Below are positions 28,170-36,718 of a stretch of 57,529 nucleotides of DNA, piece after piece. The notes under the pieces were generated by a model. The model was not told the DNA's origin. It made no database searches and saw nothing but the letters and a program-made list of their open reading frames with translations. Numbering within the stretch: position 1 is the stretch's first letter; each line of letters begins with the position of its first letter. Made by a program: the position numbers and the translations under genes. The DNA is from Candidatus Micrarchaeota archaeon (GTDB lineage Archaea > Micrarchaeota > Micrarchaeia > Micrarchaeales > CABMGC01): assembly GCA_021817305.1 (NCBI GenBank), contig JAKAVL010000028.1:1-57529 (forward strand), in the 5' to 3' direction.

Positions 28170-28241
28170 GGTATCTCCGCATTATACATGCATGGAACAT
28201 TATAAAAAGCTTGCTTGTGTTCGCTCTTTCGGCCCTGGCGC

Positions 28242-28655
28242 TCAGATTACCTCAAGCGAAGTCCTCTTTCGCACCTCGTTTATGACATGGCCGTAGTCGC
28301 GGTAGTGGATGAATGCGGTCAGGGTGAGGGTGTACGTCCCCCTGTCAGTGCCTGTGCCCCCGAATACGTCTATGCTCGCAGTCTTCTCCTCGTTGCTCGC
28401 GATCGTGCCCAGCCTGACCTCCTTCTGCTTCGATGCGCCGATGGAGTCGAAGCTGAGCTGCCTCGGCAGCTCCACGACAACGGACCCCAGCACAGGCTCC
28501 CCAGTTATGTTCCTTACCCCCAGGTTCATTGTGACAGTGCTGCTCACCTTCGACTTGAGGCGGTAGGGGGTAAACTCCGTTTTTATCATGAACGGCACCT
28601 TCTTCCCAAGGTCAGCTGCGACGTCCTTCTTTCCGAATATGTCCAAAATACCCAT
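28242..28655 (-). CDS. hypothetical protein
   Basis: Start taken at MGILDIFGKK (28655), just after the upstream gene's stop. No family recognised. Confidence 0.45.
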   Translation of the reverse strand: MGILDIFGKKDVAADLGKKVPFMIKTEFTPYRLKSKVSSTVTMNLGVRNITGEPVLGSVVVELPRQLSFDSIGASKQKEVRLGTIASNEEKTASIDVFGGTGTDRGTYTLTLTAFIHYRDYGHVINEVRKRTSLEVI

Positions 28656-28659
28656 TTGA

Positions 28660-30102
28660 TTACCTTGACGCAACAGCGTAGGTTGCGGCGCTATTATTTC
28701 CAAGGACAATTATCTTATAGGTATTGCCCGGAGAGGTTTCCATTGCGGCGCCCTGCGGGCCCGCGGAGAGTTTCCCTATGAAGGCAATGATGGTGCTGTT
28801 GTATGGGCCTATGACGATCCCATAACTGGTTGAACCCAGCTGCGCCTGATGCGTCAGTTGCGTCATAACACCGTTTGAGGATACTGCGAATGCCACTGCC
28901 CCGATGCTTGCCTCTGCGGCGAGGGTGTTTGCTGCCTTTGCCATATACGCGTCATACTCACCGCCTATCGCGCTGGAAACAATGCTGTTGTATATGGAGC
29001 TGTTCTTCAGGCCCCCGAGATTGGAAACCATCGATTCAAGTCCCTGTATGTTGCTGTTCGAGAGATACGAGCTGTTGAAGCTCTTGTCCGCGCTGAGCGC
29101 CTGCTCGAGAATGGACCTGTATGCCGAGGAGTTGAGTTGGGACAGATACTGGGTTGCGGAGGACACTGCGCCCCCGGTAGATTCCGATATGTCTGAAAGG
29201 TTGAAGCCGGATATGATGCCGCGTATGTTTGCCGGAAGGGAGTTCTCTATCGATGAGAAAAGCCCGGAGTTGTTAGCGATTGCCCCGCTTATCTGGCTGC
29301 CGAGCCCCTGCGCCGCGCTTGACGGCAATATGGATGACAGCGAGCTTGAGTTGAGGAGCGAGGACATTATCCCGCTTATGACTGCTGCTGTCGATACATT
29401 GCCCGTTACCAGGAGATTGCCCGACAATATCACAGAGCTTATCTTTACCGGGTCCGGGGAGTTGTCCTCGAGAGTTATTCTGATTGAGGTTGCATTTCCG
29501 GCACTTGTCACTTCCGCGCCGGTAACTGAGAGGGCGTTGGAGGAGTATGCACTAATAGATGCGTTGCCAGTTCCGTTGTACGGCTCTGCGGATGCGTACG
29601 GCTTGACCGCGAACAACAGAGTCGCGCCGTCCGCCACAGGCGCAACCAGTGTTGTCACGTTCACCAGTATGGTTTCGGATGAGCTGCTGCGCGTCGAAGA
29701 TACAGGAACGTATATCCTGCTTGACTGGAACACGGCGTTGTACGGCGCGCCCCCTATGGAAACGTTCGATGATGCGACTGAGAGCTCCAATCCGTCGGCA
29801 GTGGAGTTGTCGGGCACATAGAGCTGGGCCACGGTGTAGTCCGAGGGCCCGGTGAACGTCAGCGCCTGCGTTGTGTTGTAGTAGCTCCACGCGCTTCCGT
29901 TTGATGTAGTGTAATGGACGCCTATTGAGGAGTATGCCACGCTGAGGGAGTTTGCGGTATTGAAAGGGACCGCGCCGAGGAGCCTGACAGTGATCTCCCG
30001 CGAGCCGATGCGCGTAGGCTTCGCCCCGGAAAGCATTACAGCCGCGACTATTATCACGAGAGCTGCGAGCACTGCGAGCGACGCCTTGGCGCGGTTGTCC
30101 AT
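28660..30102 (-). CDS. exported Ser/Asn-rich surface protein with N-terminal signal anchor
   Basis: 480 aa. Signal anchor ASLAVLAALVIIVAAVMLSGA followed by S/N/T-rich sequence with many sequons. Confidence 0.5.
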   Translation of the reverse strand: MDNRAKASLAVLAALVIIVAAVMLSGAKPTRIGSREITVRLLGAVPFNTANSLSVAYSSIGVHYTTSNGSAWSYYNTTQALTFTGPSDYTVAQLYVPDNSTADGLELSVASSNVSIGGAPYNAVFQSSRIYVPVSSTRSSSSETILVNVTTLVAPVADGATLLFAVKPYASAEPYNGTGNASISAYSSNALSVTGAEVTSAGNATSIRITLEDNSPDPVKISSVILSGNLLVTGNVSTAAVISGIMSSLLNSSSLSSILPSSAAQGLGSQISGAIANNSGLFSSIENSLPANIRGIISGFNLSDISESTGGAVSSATQYLSQLNSSAYRSILEQALSADKSFNSSYLSNSNIQGLESMVSNLGGLKNSSIYNSIVSSAIGGEYDAYMAKAANTLAAEASIGAVAFAVSSNGVMTQLTHQAQLGSTSYGIVIGPYNSTIIAFIGKLSAGPQGAAMETSPGNTYKIIVLGNNSAATYAVASR

Positions 30103-30131
30103 CCCCTCACAGGGAATAAATGGCGACTTAG

Positions 30132-30713
30132 CTATTTAGAGTTTGCTGCATCGCCATCAAGCTCGAGGAGTATCTGCTCTATGTGGCGCCAGTTGTCCGC
30201 GATTATTATGCCCTTGCTCTTCTCCGACCTTATGAAGCCCTCGTTCCACGGCTGCCTGAGGAGTATCGCTGTCTTGCCTGCGCCTGCGACGTTCTTCACG
30301 ACCTCGTGGAAGTCGTCTACGTATATGTCCACGCCGTCAGCCTTCTGTTTCTCCGCCTTCTCCGGGAAGTGCATGAACCTGTCGTAGGCTATGCCGTTCT
30401 TGCGCAGCCATATCTTCACGTTCGGGTTCGGGTTGCCGGTGGTTATGCTTATGTTGAAATGGTCGCGCAGGTTGTCTATTATGGAGGGTATGTCCCTGTC
30501 GATGAGGTTTATCCTGTCGTAGACGTCCCACGCATGCGAAAATATCTCTATGACCTGGTCGTGGGAGAGCGAGGTGAAGACCTCTGAGAATTCATGGCGT
30601 ACAAGATCCTTCTTGAACGCCTTTACTCCGTACGCGCGCTCGAATTCCTGCAGCCACACCGAGACCGTGTCGGCGAGCGTGCCGTCGATATCGATGCCCA
30701 GGGTCTTTTTCAT
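30132..30713 (-). CDS. HAD-superfamily 5'(3')-deoxyribonucleotidase-like hydrolase
   Basis: LGIDIDGTLADT (DxDGT motif I) and DIYVDDF (motif IV). NT5C-like length of 193 aa. Confidence 0.75.
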   Translation of the reverse strand: MKKTLGIDIDGTLADTVSVWLQEFERAYGVKAFKKDLVRHEFSEVFTSLSHDQVIEIFSHAWDVYDRINLIDRDIPSIIDNLRDHFNISITTGNPNPNVKIWLRKNGIAYDRFMHFPEKAEKQKADGVDIYVDDFHEVVKNVAGAGKTAILLRQPWNEGFIRSEKSKGIIIADNWRHIEQILLELDGDAANSK

Positions 30714-31050
30714 CGCATCACCATTTTAACTTTATCTTGCGGGTCGACGGCCCTGCCCAGGAATCCTGCGACTAGAAATGTCGCCTTCACGCGCGTATGC
30801 ATTTTCTCAAGCACGCTTGGTATGAAAAGGGCGCCGAGGGAATGACTCACGAAGACAGTTTCGCTGTCTATGTATTTTTCGAAAGGCGCAAGTGCCTTGA
30901 ACCAGTTCTCAAGAGTCTGATCTTTAGGGGTTGGGAATGCCGGGATATGCACGGCGTGGCCCAGATGCTCAAGCTGACTTTTTAGCCAGGGAAACCAGTT
31001 CTCCTCAGGATTGCCATATGCGCCATGGAACATCAATACGTTTGCCATAG
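30710..31050 (-). pseudogene. truncated alpha/beta hydrolase (YdeN/RBBP9-like), N-terminal half only
   Basis: MANVLMFHGAYGNPEENWFPWLK...VFVSHSLGALF keeps the nucleophile elbow. The ORF ends after LVAGFLG, before the expected Asp and His of the triad. ATGA overlap with the HAD gene. Confidence 0.5.
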
Positions 31051-31064
31051 TAACAACTCTGTTT

Positions 31065-31148
31065 TGCAGGGGGAGAGATTTGAATTCTCGTATCCACAAG
31101 AGAAACAAGCCCTGAACCTGTCGCGTTTGGCCACGTTACTGCGCCTGC
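31065..31148 (-). pseudogene. degenerate tRNA-Leu(CAG)-like sequence
   Basis: 84 nt with Leu architecture (anticodon arm ACAGG-UUCAGGG-CUUGU, long variable arm). Shares its 3' end with the tRNA-Leu at 31844-31948. Has C8, C14, A53 and a C6:C67 mismatch at near-universal positions, and its 5' end overlaps the HEPN gene stop. Confidence 0.45.
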
Positions 31149-31486
31149 TTCTTGTTTTCTTTTAGCATCTCTTTGACGGCATTTTTAAGCGCAGGCACGT
31201 CCGTTTCGATTGTTTTCCAGATGACATCAATGTCAATATCAAAATACTCATGAATAAGAAAATCGCGCATTCCTGCTATGCTTCTCCAGTCGATTTCGGT
31301 GTGCTTATCCTTTAGACTTTTAGGAATATTTTTGGACGCCTCGCCTATTACAGAAAGCCTTCTTATCACTATATCCTGCAGGGGTATGCTTTCCGAGAAC
31401 TCCTCCAGCGATTTCCCTGAAACAGTATCTTCAACTATCCTTATGCTGAATAAAATGTCCCCTAAAAGGATTTTACTATCTCTCAT
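31136..31486 (-). CDS. HEPN-domain (DUF86) toxin
   Basis: The Rx4H motif lies in IAGMRDFLIHEYFDIDIDVIW. 4-nt overlap with the MNT gene. Confidence 0.85.
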   Translation of the reverse strand: MRDSKILLGDILFSIRIVEDTVSGKSLEEFSESIPLQDIVIRRLSVIGEASKNIPKSLKDKHTEIDWRSIAGMRDFLIHEYFDIDIDVIWKTIETDVPALKNAVKEMLKENKKQAQ

Positions 31487-31767
31487 AAGATATCAATCTT
31501 GTCTTTTAAAATAAAAGGCCTGAGTTTGCTGTTTACAGAGCCATAGGTAACGATATCGGGACGCTGGCCAAGTTTCTCCTTAAGATCGGCATACAGGCCC
31601 CCTATATCAAAAAGCGAGGGTGTTTCCCTGAATTTCACAAGTATGTCTACATCGCTCTTCATTCCTGCATCCCCCCTGGCGGTAGAACCGAATATCGCCG
31701 CCTTCACGACTCCGTGCTCCTTCAGTATAGGCAGTATAATTCTCTTTACTTCGGATGCTGTTCTCAT
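31483..31767 (-). CDS. minimal nucleotidyltransferase (MNT) antitoxin
   Basis: AAIFGSTARGDAGMKSDVDILV carries the GSxxRG...DxD signature. Confidence 0.85.
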   Translation of the reverse strand: MRTASEVKRIILPILKEHGVVKAAIFGSTARGDAGMKSDVDILVKFRETPSLFDIGGLYADLKEKLGQRPDIVTYGSVNSKLRPFILKDKIDIL

Positions 31768-31843
31768 ATCAATCTGTAGGACTTTTACGACTCAAAATAT
31801 AAAAATAGGTTGGTTCACGCACGCATAGTGAATTATTTGCAGG

Positions 31844-31948
31844 GGGAGAGATTTGAACTCTCGAAGGCGCTAAGCCACAGGATCTTAAGTCCTGCGCGTT
31901 TTTCCGTGGCTTGACGGCCAGACCAGACTCTGCCACCCCTGCGTATGC
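31844..31948 (-). tRNA. tRNA-Leu (anticodon UAA) with a ~19-nt insertion (putative non-canonical intron) in the D-loop
   Basis: Acceptor GCAGGGG/CCCCUGC, anticodon arm CAGGA-CUUAAGA-UCCUG, variable arm, T arm GAGAG-UUCAAAU-CUCUC. Removing about 31908-31926 (UGGCCGUCAAGCCACGGAA) gives a canonical 86-nt Leu tRNA with D-loop AGUCUGGUCAA. Confidence 0.75.
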
Positions 31949-31990
31949 AAGAAGTATTGCACGTTTGCGTATATATGCGTTGCGAGCCCG

Positions 31991-32731
31991 CTATGCGTAC
32001 ATCGACGGTCCTGTCTCCGGCGAGGCGTCTCCCTGGGCGTACTGCTCGTGCGACTCCCTGACCTTCTTCAGCAGCTCGCGTATCTTGGCCTCGACCTCCT
32101 TCGCCTCCTTGTCCAGCTCTTCTAGGTCTATGTCCATGTCAAGCAGCTCGTTGAGCCCCTCTATCGCAGTCTCCGCATACTTAGGATCCGTTATCCTTGG
32201 ATCCACCTCTGCCATGACGTCGAAGGTGCTTATGCCGTAGTCCTGAGACTTGACGAGAAGCGCTGCGTTCACCCCCGCGACGACGCCCTCCTGTATTGCC
32301 TTTATGCCAGACTTTGCGGCCTTCTTGAGGAGCTCCTTGTCCGATGACGCAACGTATATGATGTCACCCGGCTTCTGCGACGGCATGCCCCCGACGGACA
32401 CTATGCGCTGCAGCGAGTACTTCCTCGCGAACGCGAGTATCTCGTCGGCAAGCGGATATACCAGCATCGGAGGTATTGTGAACTCGGATATCAGGAGCAG
32501 GAACTTGTACTTGTCCGACTTGTAGATGCGCGCGGGGCGCATTGGCGTCGCGTTGTGTATCGATGCTATGGGCGGGAACAATTCGCTGTCTATGTAGCCT
32601 ATGTAGTCCATGCCAAGCTTTTCCACCATATAGGAGCCGGCCATCGGCCCCACCAGCCCTATTCCTGGAAACGCCTCTATAAGCGTGTACCCCTTCAGCC
32701 CTTTGTCATTGGTGATCTTTATTGCTATCAT
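31991..32731 (-). CDS. PAC2-family proteasome assembly chaperone (PbaA/PbaB-like)
   Basis: IEAFPGIGLVGPMAGSY N-terminal pattern, coiled C-terminus, and a final ...SMYA that fits an HbYX proteasome-docking motif. Confidence 0.65.
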   Translation of the reverse strand: MIAIKITNDKGLKGYTLIEAFPGIGLVGPMAGSYMVEKLGMDYIGYIDSELFPPIASIHNATPMRPARIYKSDKYKFLLLISEFTIPPMLVYPLADEILAFARKYSLQRIVSVGGMPSQKPGDIIYVASSDKELLKKAAKSGIKAIQEGVVAGVNAALLVKSQDYGISTFDVMAEVDPRITDPKYAETAIEGLNELLDMDIDLEELDKEAKEVEAKIRELLKKVRESHEQYAQGDASPETGPSMYA

Positions 32732-32860
32732 TGAATCACTACACTATTGCAGCGAAGGTTTAAAATCATTGCAGTGTTTTGCGGCATGCGAGTTATATTT
32801 TGCTCTCGTAGGTACGACGATATATATAAAAGCGTTTCCGTCGTAGTGTATTCGGTGAAA

Positions 32861-33154
32861 ATGATGGCGGAAAGAATGACAAGAGAGAATGTAGACCGAG
32901 AAGACGGCTACCTGTACTACCTCGGCAAGGATGGGTACGTATGGAGAACCCCCATGAGGAACAACCCAAGGGGAAGGAAGAGCAAGGTAGGAAGCGAGAA
33001 GGTCTCGAGAGCGGATGGGTACCTGTACTTCATAGACCAGAAGGGTTATGTCGCAAGGACAAAGATGAACAGGCGCGGCAGGATCTCAGGAAGCAGGAGC
33101 TCAAGGAGAAAGAGCGCCAGCAGGCGCAGTGCAAGCAGGAGAGGAAGGAGATAG
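32861..33154 (+). CDS. small basic protein with a duplicated DGYLYY-x3-GYV hairpin motif and an Arg/Ser-rich tail
   Basis: 97 aa. REDGYLYYLGKDGYVWRTPMRNNPRGRK and RADGYLYFIDQKGYVARTKMNRRGR, then SGSRSSRRKSASRRSASRRGRR. TATA tatatataaaa lies about 30 nt upstream. Confidence 0.55.
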   Translation: MMAERMTRENVDREDGYLYYLGKDGYVWRTPMRNNPRGRKSKVGSEKVSRADGYLYFIDQKGYVARTKMNRRGRISGSRSSRRKSASRRSASRRGRR

Positions 33155-33159
33155 GTCCT

Positions 33160-33226
33160 TCTGGTTTCTTTCTTTTGTTTTCTGTTTTTTTCTATTTTTC
33201 GCGGCGCCGTCGCGTGATGGCGCCGC
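33160..33226. terminator. oligo-T tracts plus 8-bp GC hairpin between convergent genes
   Basis: ttctttcttttgttttctgtttttttctattttt followed by gcggcgcc-N10-ggcgccgc (33201-33226). Confidence 0.4.
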
Positions 33227-33253
33227 TACAATAAATCAGGAGTGCGGCGAGCC

Positions 33254-34096
33254 TCAGAAAAGCTCGGGCCTTGGCCACTCTATGCCCTCGACGGGCCTGC
33301 CGAACTGGACTGCACCCGTGCTTCCGGATACGTCCATCTTCGCCGCGGCCAAGAATGCCATGTTGATAAGCGTTATTGACAGTGCCACGTAGATGTATTG
33401 CGCATTGGTGCCCAGATACTCATAGCTCATGATTATCAGCGTGAGTATTAGGACGGTTGCGCAGAATGCGAATGCGCCGGAGGAGCGCCTTACGATTATG
33501 ACTGCGGAGGCAAGGCTGAGAAGCGCCAGGAGCAGGTCCGCGACAGGTATTATGTACTGCGAGAATACGCCCACGAGCGCGCTCGAGAGGCCTATGCCAA
33601 GTATGCTTATAGCTAGGTATTTCGCTGGCACATACGCCAGGTATATGAGCAGTATGGTGCTCGTGGCAAAGAGGAGGCTGGTCAGGTATATGAACCTGCT
33701 GGGAGTCTCTGCGGGCTTTAGGTGCATGCGCGTGGCCCGGTCTATGTCCTCAAGGCAGTAAAGCTTGTCGTGAAACGGCATTATGTCGGCGTAGCAGAAG
33801 GGCCTCTTGCAGTACTCGCACAGCGCATATGCCTGGCGCCATGGATGGTTCACGCACGCGAGCCTTGACGCGTCAACCTCCTTATATGCAGGCGCGCCCT
33901 GCGGCGGCGATGCCTGCACGGGCCCTGCCTTCTCTTCCTGCTTCTGCTCCTGCCGCGCGGGCTGCGCCGGCTTTTCCTGCTGGGCTTGCCGCTCAGGCTT
34001 CTTTTCCACGGGTTTGGCGGGCGCCTTGGCTGCCTTTTCCTCTAAGGCCGTGCGCTTCTTGAAGATCAATAGCTCGTTCGGATCTATGCCCAACAA
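33254..34096 (-). CDS. membrane protein with an N-terminal Lys/Gln/Pro-rich region, a B-box-like zinc finger and 4 TM helices
   Basis: CVNHPWRQAYALCEYCKRPFCYADIMPFHDKLYC carries the Cys/His pattern, followed by four hydrophobic helices. Confidence 0.5.
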   Translation of the reverse strand: MLGIDPNELLIFKKRTALEEKAAKAPAKPVEKKPERQAQQEKPAQPARQEQKQEEKAGPVQASPPQGAPAYKEVDASRLACVNHPWRQAYALCEYCKRPFCYADIMPFHDKLYCLEDIDRATRMHLKPAETPSRFIYLTSLLFATSTILLIYLAYVPAKYLAISILGIGLSSALVGVFSQYIIPVADLLLALLSLASAVIIVRRSSGAFAFCATVLILTLIIMSYEYLGTNAQYIYVALSITLINMAFLAAAKMDVSGSTGAVQFGRPVEGIEWPRPELF

Positions 34097-34105
34097 ACAA
34101 CACCG

Positions 34106-34369
34106 TCAGATGTGGCCATGCTCAGGGCGCCCCTGCGAGAAGCCCCTGGAGGCGCGCCTGGCAGCCTCTTCGGCCTTCTTCGAGAATATTCCCCTGTGCT
34201 TGGCGCAGCTTATGCAGTAGTATATCTTCCTGCTCGACATGAACCTCACGTTGTTCTTGTCAGACGGATCCGTACCGAAACGTATCATCTTCTCGTAAGA
34301 TACGGCCTTGTTCCTGGGCATCTTCCTGCCGCAGTTGTCGCAAGTCACTAGTGGCTCTTTTCCTCTCAA
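34106..34369 (-). CDS. rps26e: 30S ribosomal protein eS26-like
   Basis: VTCDNCGRKMPRNKAV and KIYYCISCAKHRGI align with the eS26 signatures (C.NC.R.VPKDKAI ... YCVSCAIH). The start is TTG or GTG. Confidence 0.7.
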   Translation of the reverse strand: MRGKEPLVTCDNCGRKMPRNKAVSYEKMIRFGTDPSDKNNVRFMSSRKIYYCISCAKHRGIFSKKAEEAARRASRGFSQGRPEHGHI

Positions 34370-34452
34370 ATGAACACCTTGGTGATATTATTGAATAAAA
34401 GGCTATTAATATATGTGTTGTATGTAGTAGTGATTACCGGGGTGCACAGCGC

Positions 34453-35121
34453 ATGAAGATACTCCTGTTAGGCAGCTCTGACGAATACCTTGAGGACGTC
34501 ATCGACATCCTCTCCTCCGAGGGCATAAGCGTTGTGGCGAAGGTCATCACCGGCAACACTGACGAGTTCTGCGGGATAGCGGAGGAGGCGGTGCTCAAGA
34601 AGGGCTACGACGTAGTCATCGGCGCTGCGGACAATTACATCACGGCTGGGATCGAACTCAACAAGCACAGCGGCATACGCGCCGCTGCCATAAACTCGAA
34701 GCGCGACATAAGGCTATCCATGAAAAGCAGGCCAAACGTGGTCATTGCCGTGGAGGACGTCTCGCTCCTTAAGGACATCGCTGAGGCGATGCCGCAGGAA
34801 GGCGATACCCGGCAGGTGCACATGCAGAGGAAAACGCTTGACATGTTCACGAGAGGGCAGGCGCCGGAGCAACAGGAACAGCGGGCTCCGGGGAGGGCGC
34901 TCGATGTCATCACAGGGGCGGTGCAGAACAGGCGCGCGGCGCAGGAAGCGGCGGACATGAAAAAGGCGTACAAGGCGAGGGACAAGAAGGCGCGCTTGCA
35001 GGAGAAGGACACTTATGCGGAGGAGCAGCAGGGCATGGCAGACGGGCGCAGGAAGAGGCTGGGATTCATGGGCAGGCTCAAGGACTCCCTCGGCATAGTC
35101 GACGAGGGCAGGGGTGATTAG
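34453..35121 (+). CDS. hypothetical protein, weakly RpiB/LacAB-like N-domain with a charged C-terminal tail
   Basis: MKILLLGSSDE...VVIGAADNYITAGIELNKHSGIRAAAINS resembles the RpiB fold pattern. The C-terminus is Arg/Lys/Glu/Gln-rich. Confidence 0.3.
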   Translation: MKILLLGSSDEYLEDVIDILSSEGISVVAKVITGNTDEFCGIAEEAVLKKGYDVVIGAADNYITAGIELNKHSGIRAAAINSKRDIRLSMKSRPNVVIAVEDVSLLKDIAEAMPQEGDTRQVHMQRKTLDMFTRGQAPEQQEQRAPGRALDVITGAVQNRRAAQEAADMKKAYKARDKKARLQEKDTYAEEQQGMADGRRKRLGFMGRLKDSLGIVDEGRGD

Positions 35122-35445
35122 ATGATCGCCGGTGAGCCTGAGTGCAAGAGGATAGGCAGGTCGGTGCTGCCTGCCGTAAGGGCCTCTGTTGCGGAGCTGA
35201 TGCACAACAGATACAAGTGGAGGCAGGAACGCATAGCGGAGGGGCTTGGCGTGGTGCAGGTTGCCGTGAGCAAGTACCTTAACGGCAGATATTCGAAAGA
35301 GGTTTTGAAAGTGAGGAACTACATAAGGAAGATGAAACTGGGGGACAAGATAGCTGCTGAGCTCGCGGATGGGAAGAGGAGCAGCGTGGTGCACGGCGAG
35401 ATGGATAGGCTATGCACAGAGCTCGTAAAGGCGGGTGTTGCATGA
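35122..35445 (+). CDS. small HTH DNA-binding protein
   Basis: QERIAEGLGVVQVAVSKYLNGRYS is a helix-turn-helix. Abuts the upstream gene and overlaps the gdhA start. Confidence 0.5.
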   Translation: MIAGEPECKRIGRSVLPAVRASVAELMHNRYKWRQERIAEGLGVVQVAVSKYLNGRYSKEVLKVRNYIRKMKLGDKIAAELADGKRSSVVHGEMDRLCTELVKAGVA

Positions 35446-36710
35446 TGCCAGAAGAGCTAGACCCGTTCAGGATAAGCCAGGAGCAGCTGGACAAGGCCGC
35501 TGGGCTGATGAACCTCGACAAGGCGGCGCATGCAATACTCCGCGAGCCGATGCGCGAGCTAGAGCTGAACATGCCGGTCAGGATGCGCAACGGTACTACC
35601 AAGGTATTCAAGGGCTTCAGGGTGCAGTACAACAACGCACGCGGCCCTACAAAGGGCGGAATAAGGTTCCATCCCCAGGAGACAAAGGACACTGTCAAGG
35701 CGCTAGCCGCGTGGATGACATGGAAGTGCGCCCTCGCGAACATACCGTACGGCGGAGCGAAGGGAGGCGTGATATGCGATCCGAAGTCCATGAAGGGCGA
35801 CGAGCTCGAGGAGCTTTCCAGGACGTACATAAGGTCATTGAACGGATTCGTTGGCCCGAAGGTCGACATACCCGCTCCGGACGTATACACAAACCCGCAG
35901 GACATGGCCTGGATGATGGACGAGTACAGCAAGATAGTCGGCCACAACGAGTTCGGCGTCATAACCGGCAAGCCTCTCGAGGTCGGGGGCTCTGAAGGCA
36001 GGTTCGACAGCACGGCGATGGGAGGCATGTACGTGCTCCGCGAAGCGGCGAAGATGAAGAAGATAAACTTGAGGAAGGCGACCATCGCCATACAGGGCTT
36101 CGGCAATGCGGGCAACTTCGCATTCGAACTGTCGAAGAAGCTCTTCGGCTCGAGGATAGTCGCAGTAAGCGATTCCTCCGGCGGCGCGCACTCGGAGAAG
36201 GGCCTTGATTACCAGAAGCTCAAGGATGTCAAGGAGAAGACCGGCAGCGTAGACAACTGCAAGGGCGCGGAGAAGATAACAAACGACGAGCTTCTCGAGC
36301 TGGACGTCGACATACTCATACCATCGGCCATAGAAAACCAGATAACAGAGAAGAACGCAGACAGGATAAACGCGAAGATAGTGCTTGAGCTCGCCAACGG
36401 CCCTGTCACGCCGGGGGCAGACGAGATACTGTTCCAGAGGGGCGTGCTTGATCTGCCTGACTTCCTGGTCAACTCAGGCGGGGTCATAGTCTCGTACTTC
36501 GAGTGGGTGCAGAACATACAGAGCTTCTACTGGACGGAGGATGACGTTTACAAGCGCCTTGACGCCATAATCACCAAGTCCTTCTCCGACGTCGTGAAGA
36601 CGCAGAGGGAGTACAGGGATAACGGCAAGAAGATAAGTCCGAGGATGGCCGCGTACATCGTCGCAGTCGAGCGCGTCGCAGCGGCGATGAAGATACGTGG
36701 ATGGTATTAG
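35442..36710 (+). CDS. gdhA: glutamate dehydrogenase
   Basis: GPTKGGIRFHP, IPYGGAKGG and IQGFGNAGN are canonical Glu/Leu/Phe/Val dehydrogenase motifs. Start at the MMPEEL ATG, 35442. Confidence 0.95.
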   Translation: MMPEELDPFRISQEQLDKAAGLMNLDKAAHAILREPMRELELNMPVRMRNGTTKVFKGFRVQYNNARGPTKGGIRFHPQETKDTVKALAAWMTWKCALANIPYGGAKGGVICDPKSMKGDELEELSRTYIRSLNGFVGPKVDIPAPDVYTNPQDMAWMMDEYSKIVGHNEFGVITGKPLEVGGSEGRFDSTAMGGMYVLREAAKMKKINLRKATIAIQGFGNAGNFAFELSKKLFGSRIVAVSDSSGGAHSEKGLDYQKLKDVKEKTGSVDNCKGAEKITNDELLELDVDILIPSAIENQITEKNADRINAKIVLELANGPVTPGADEILFQRGVLDLPDFLVNSGGVIVSYFEWVQNIQSFYWTEDDVYKRLDAIITKSFSDVVKTQREYRDNGKKISPRMAAYIVAVERVAAAMKIRGWY

Positions 36711-36718
36711 GTGAGAAC

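Noticed and set aside
35279-36115. 278-aa minus-strand ORF, plus several 100-200-aa ORFs in 35435-36191.
   Set aside because: They are antisense to, or out of frame with, the unmistakable gdhA gene. No motifs were found.
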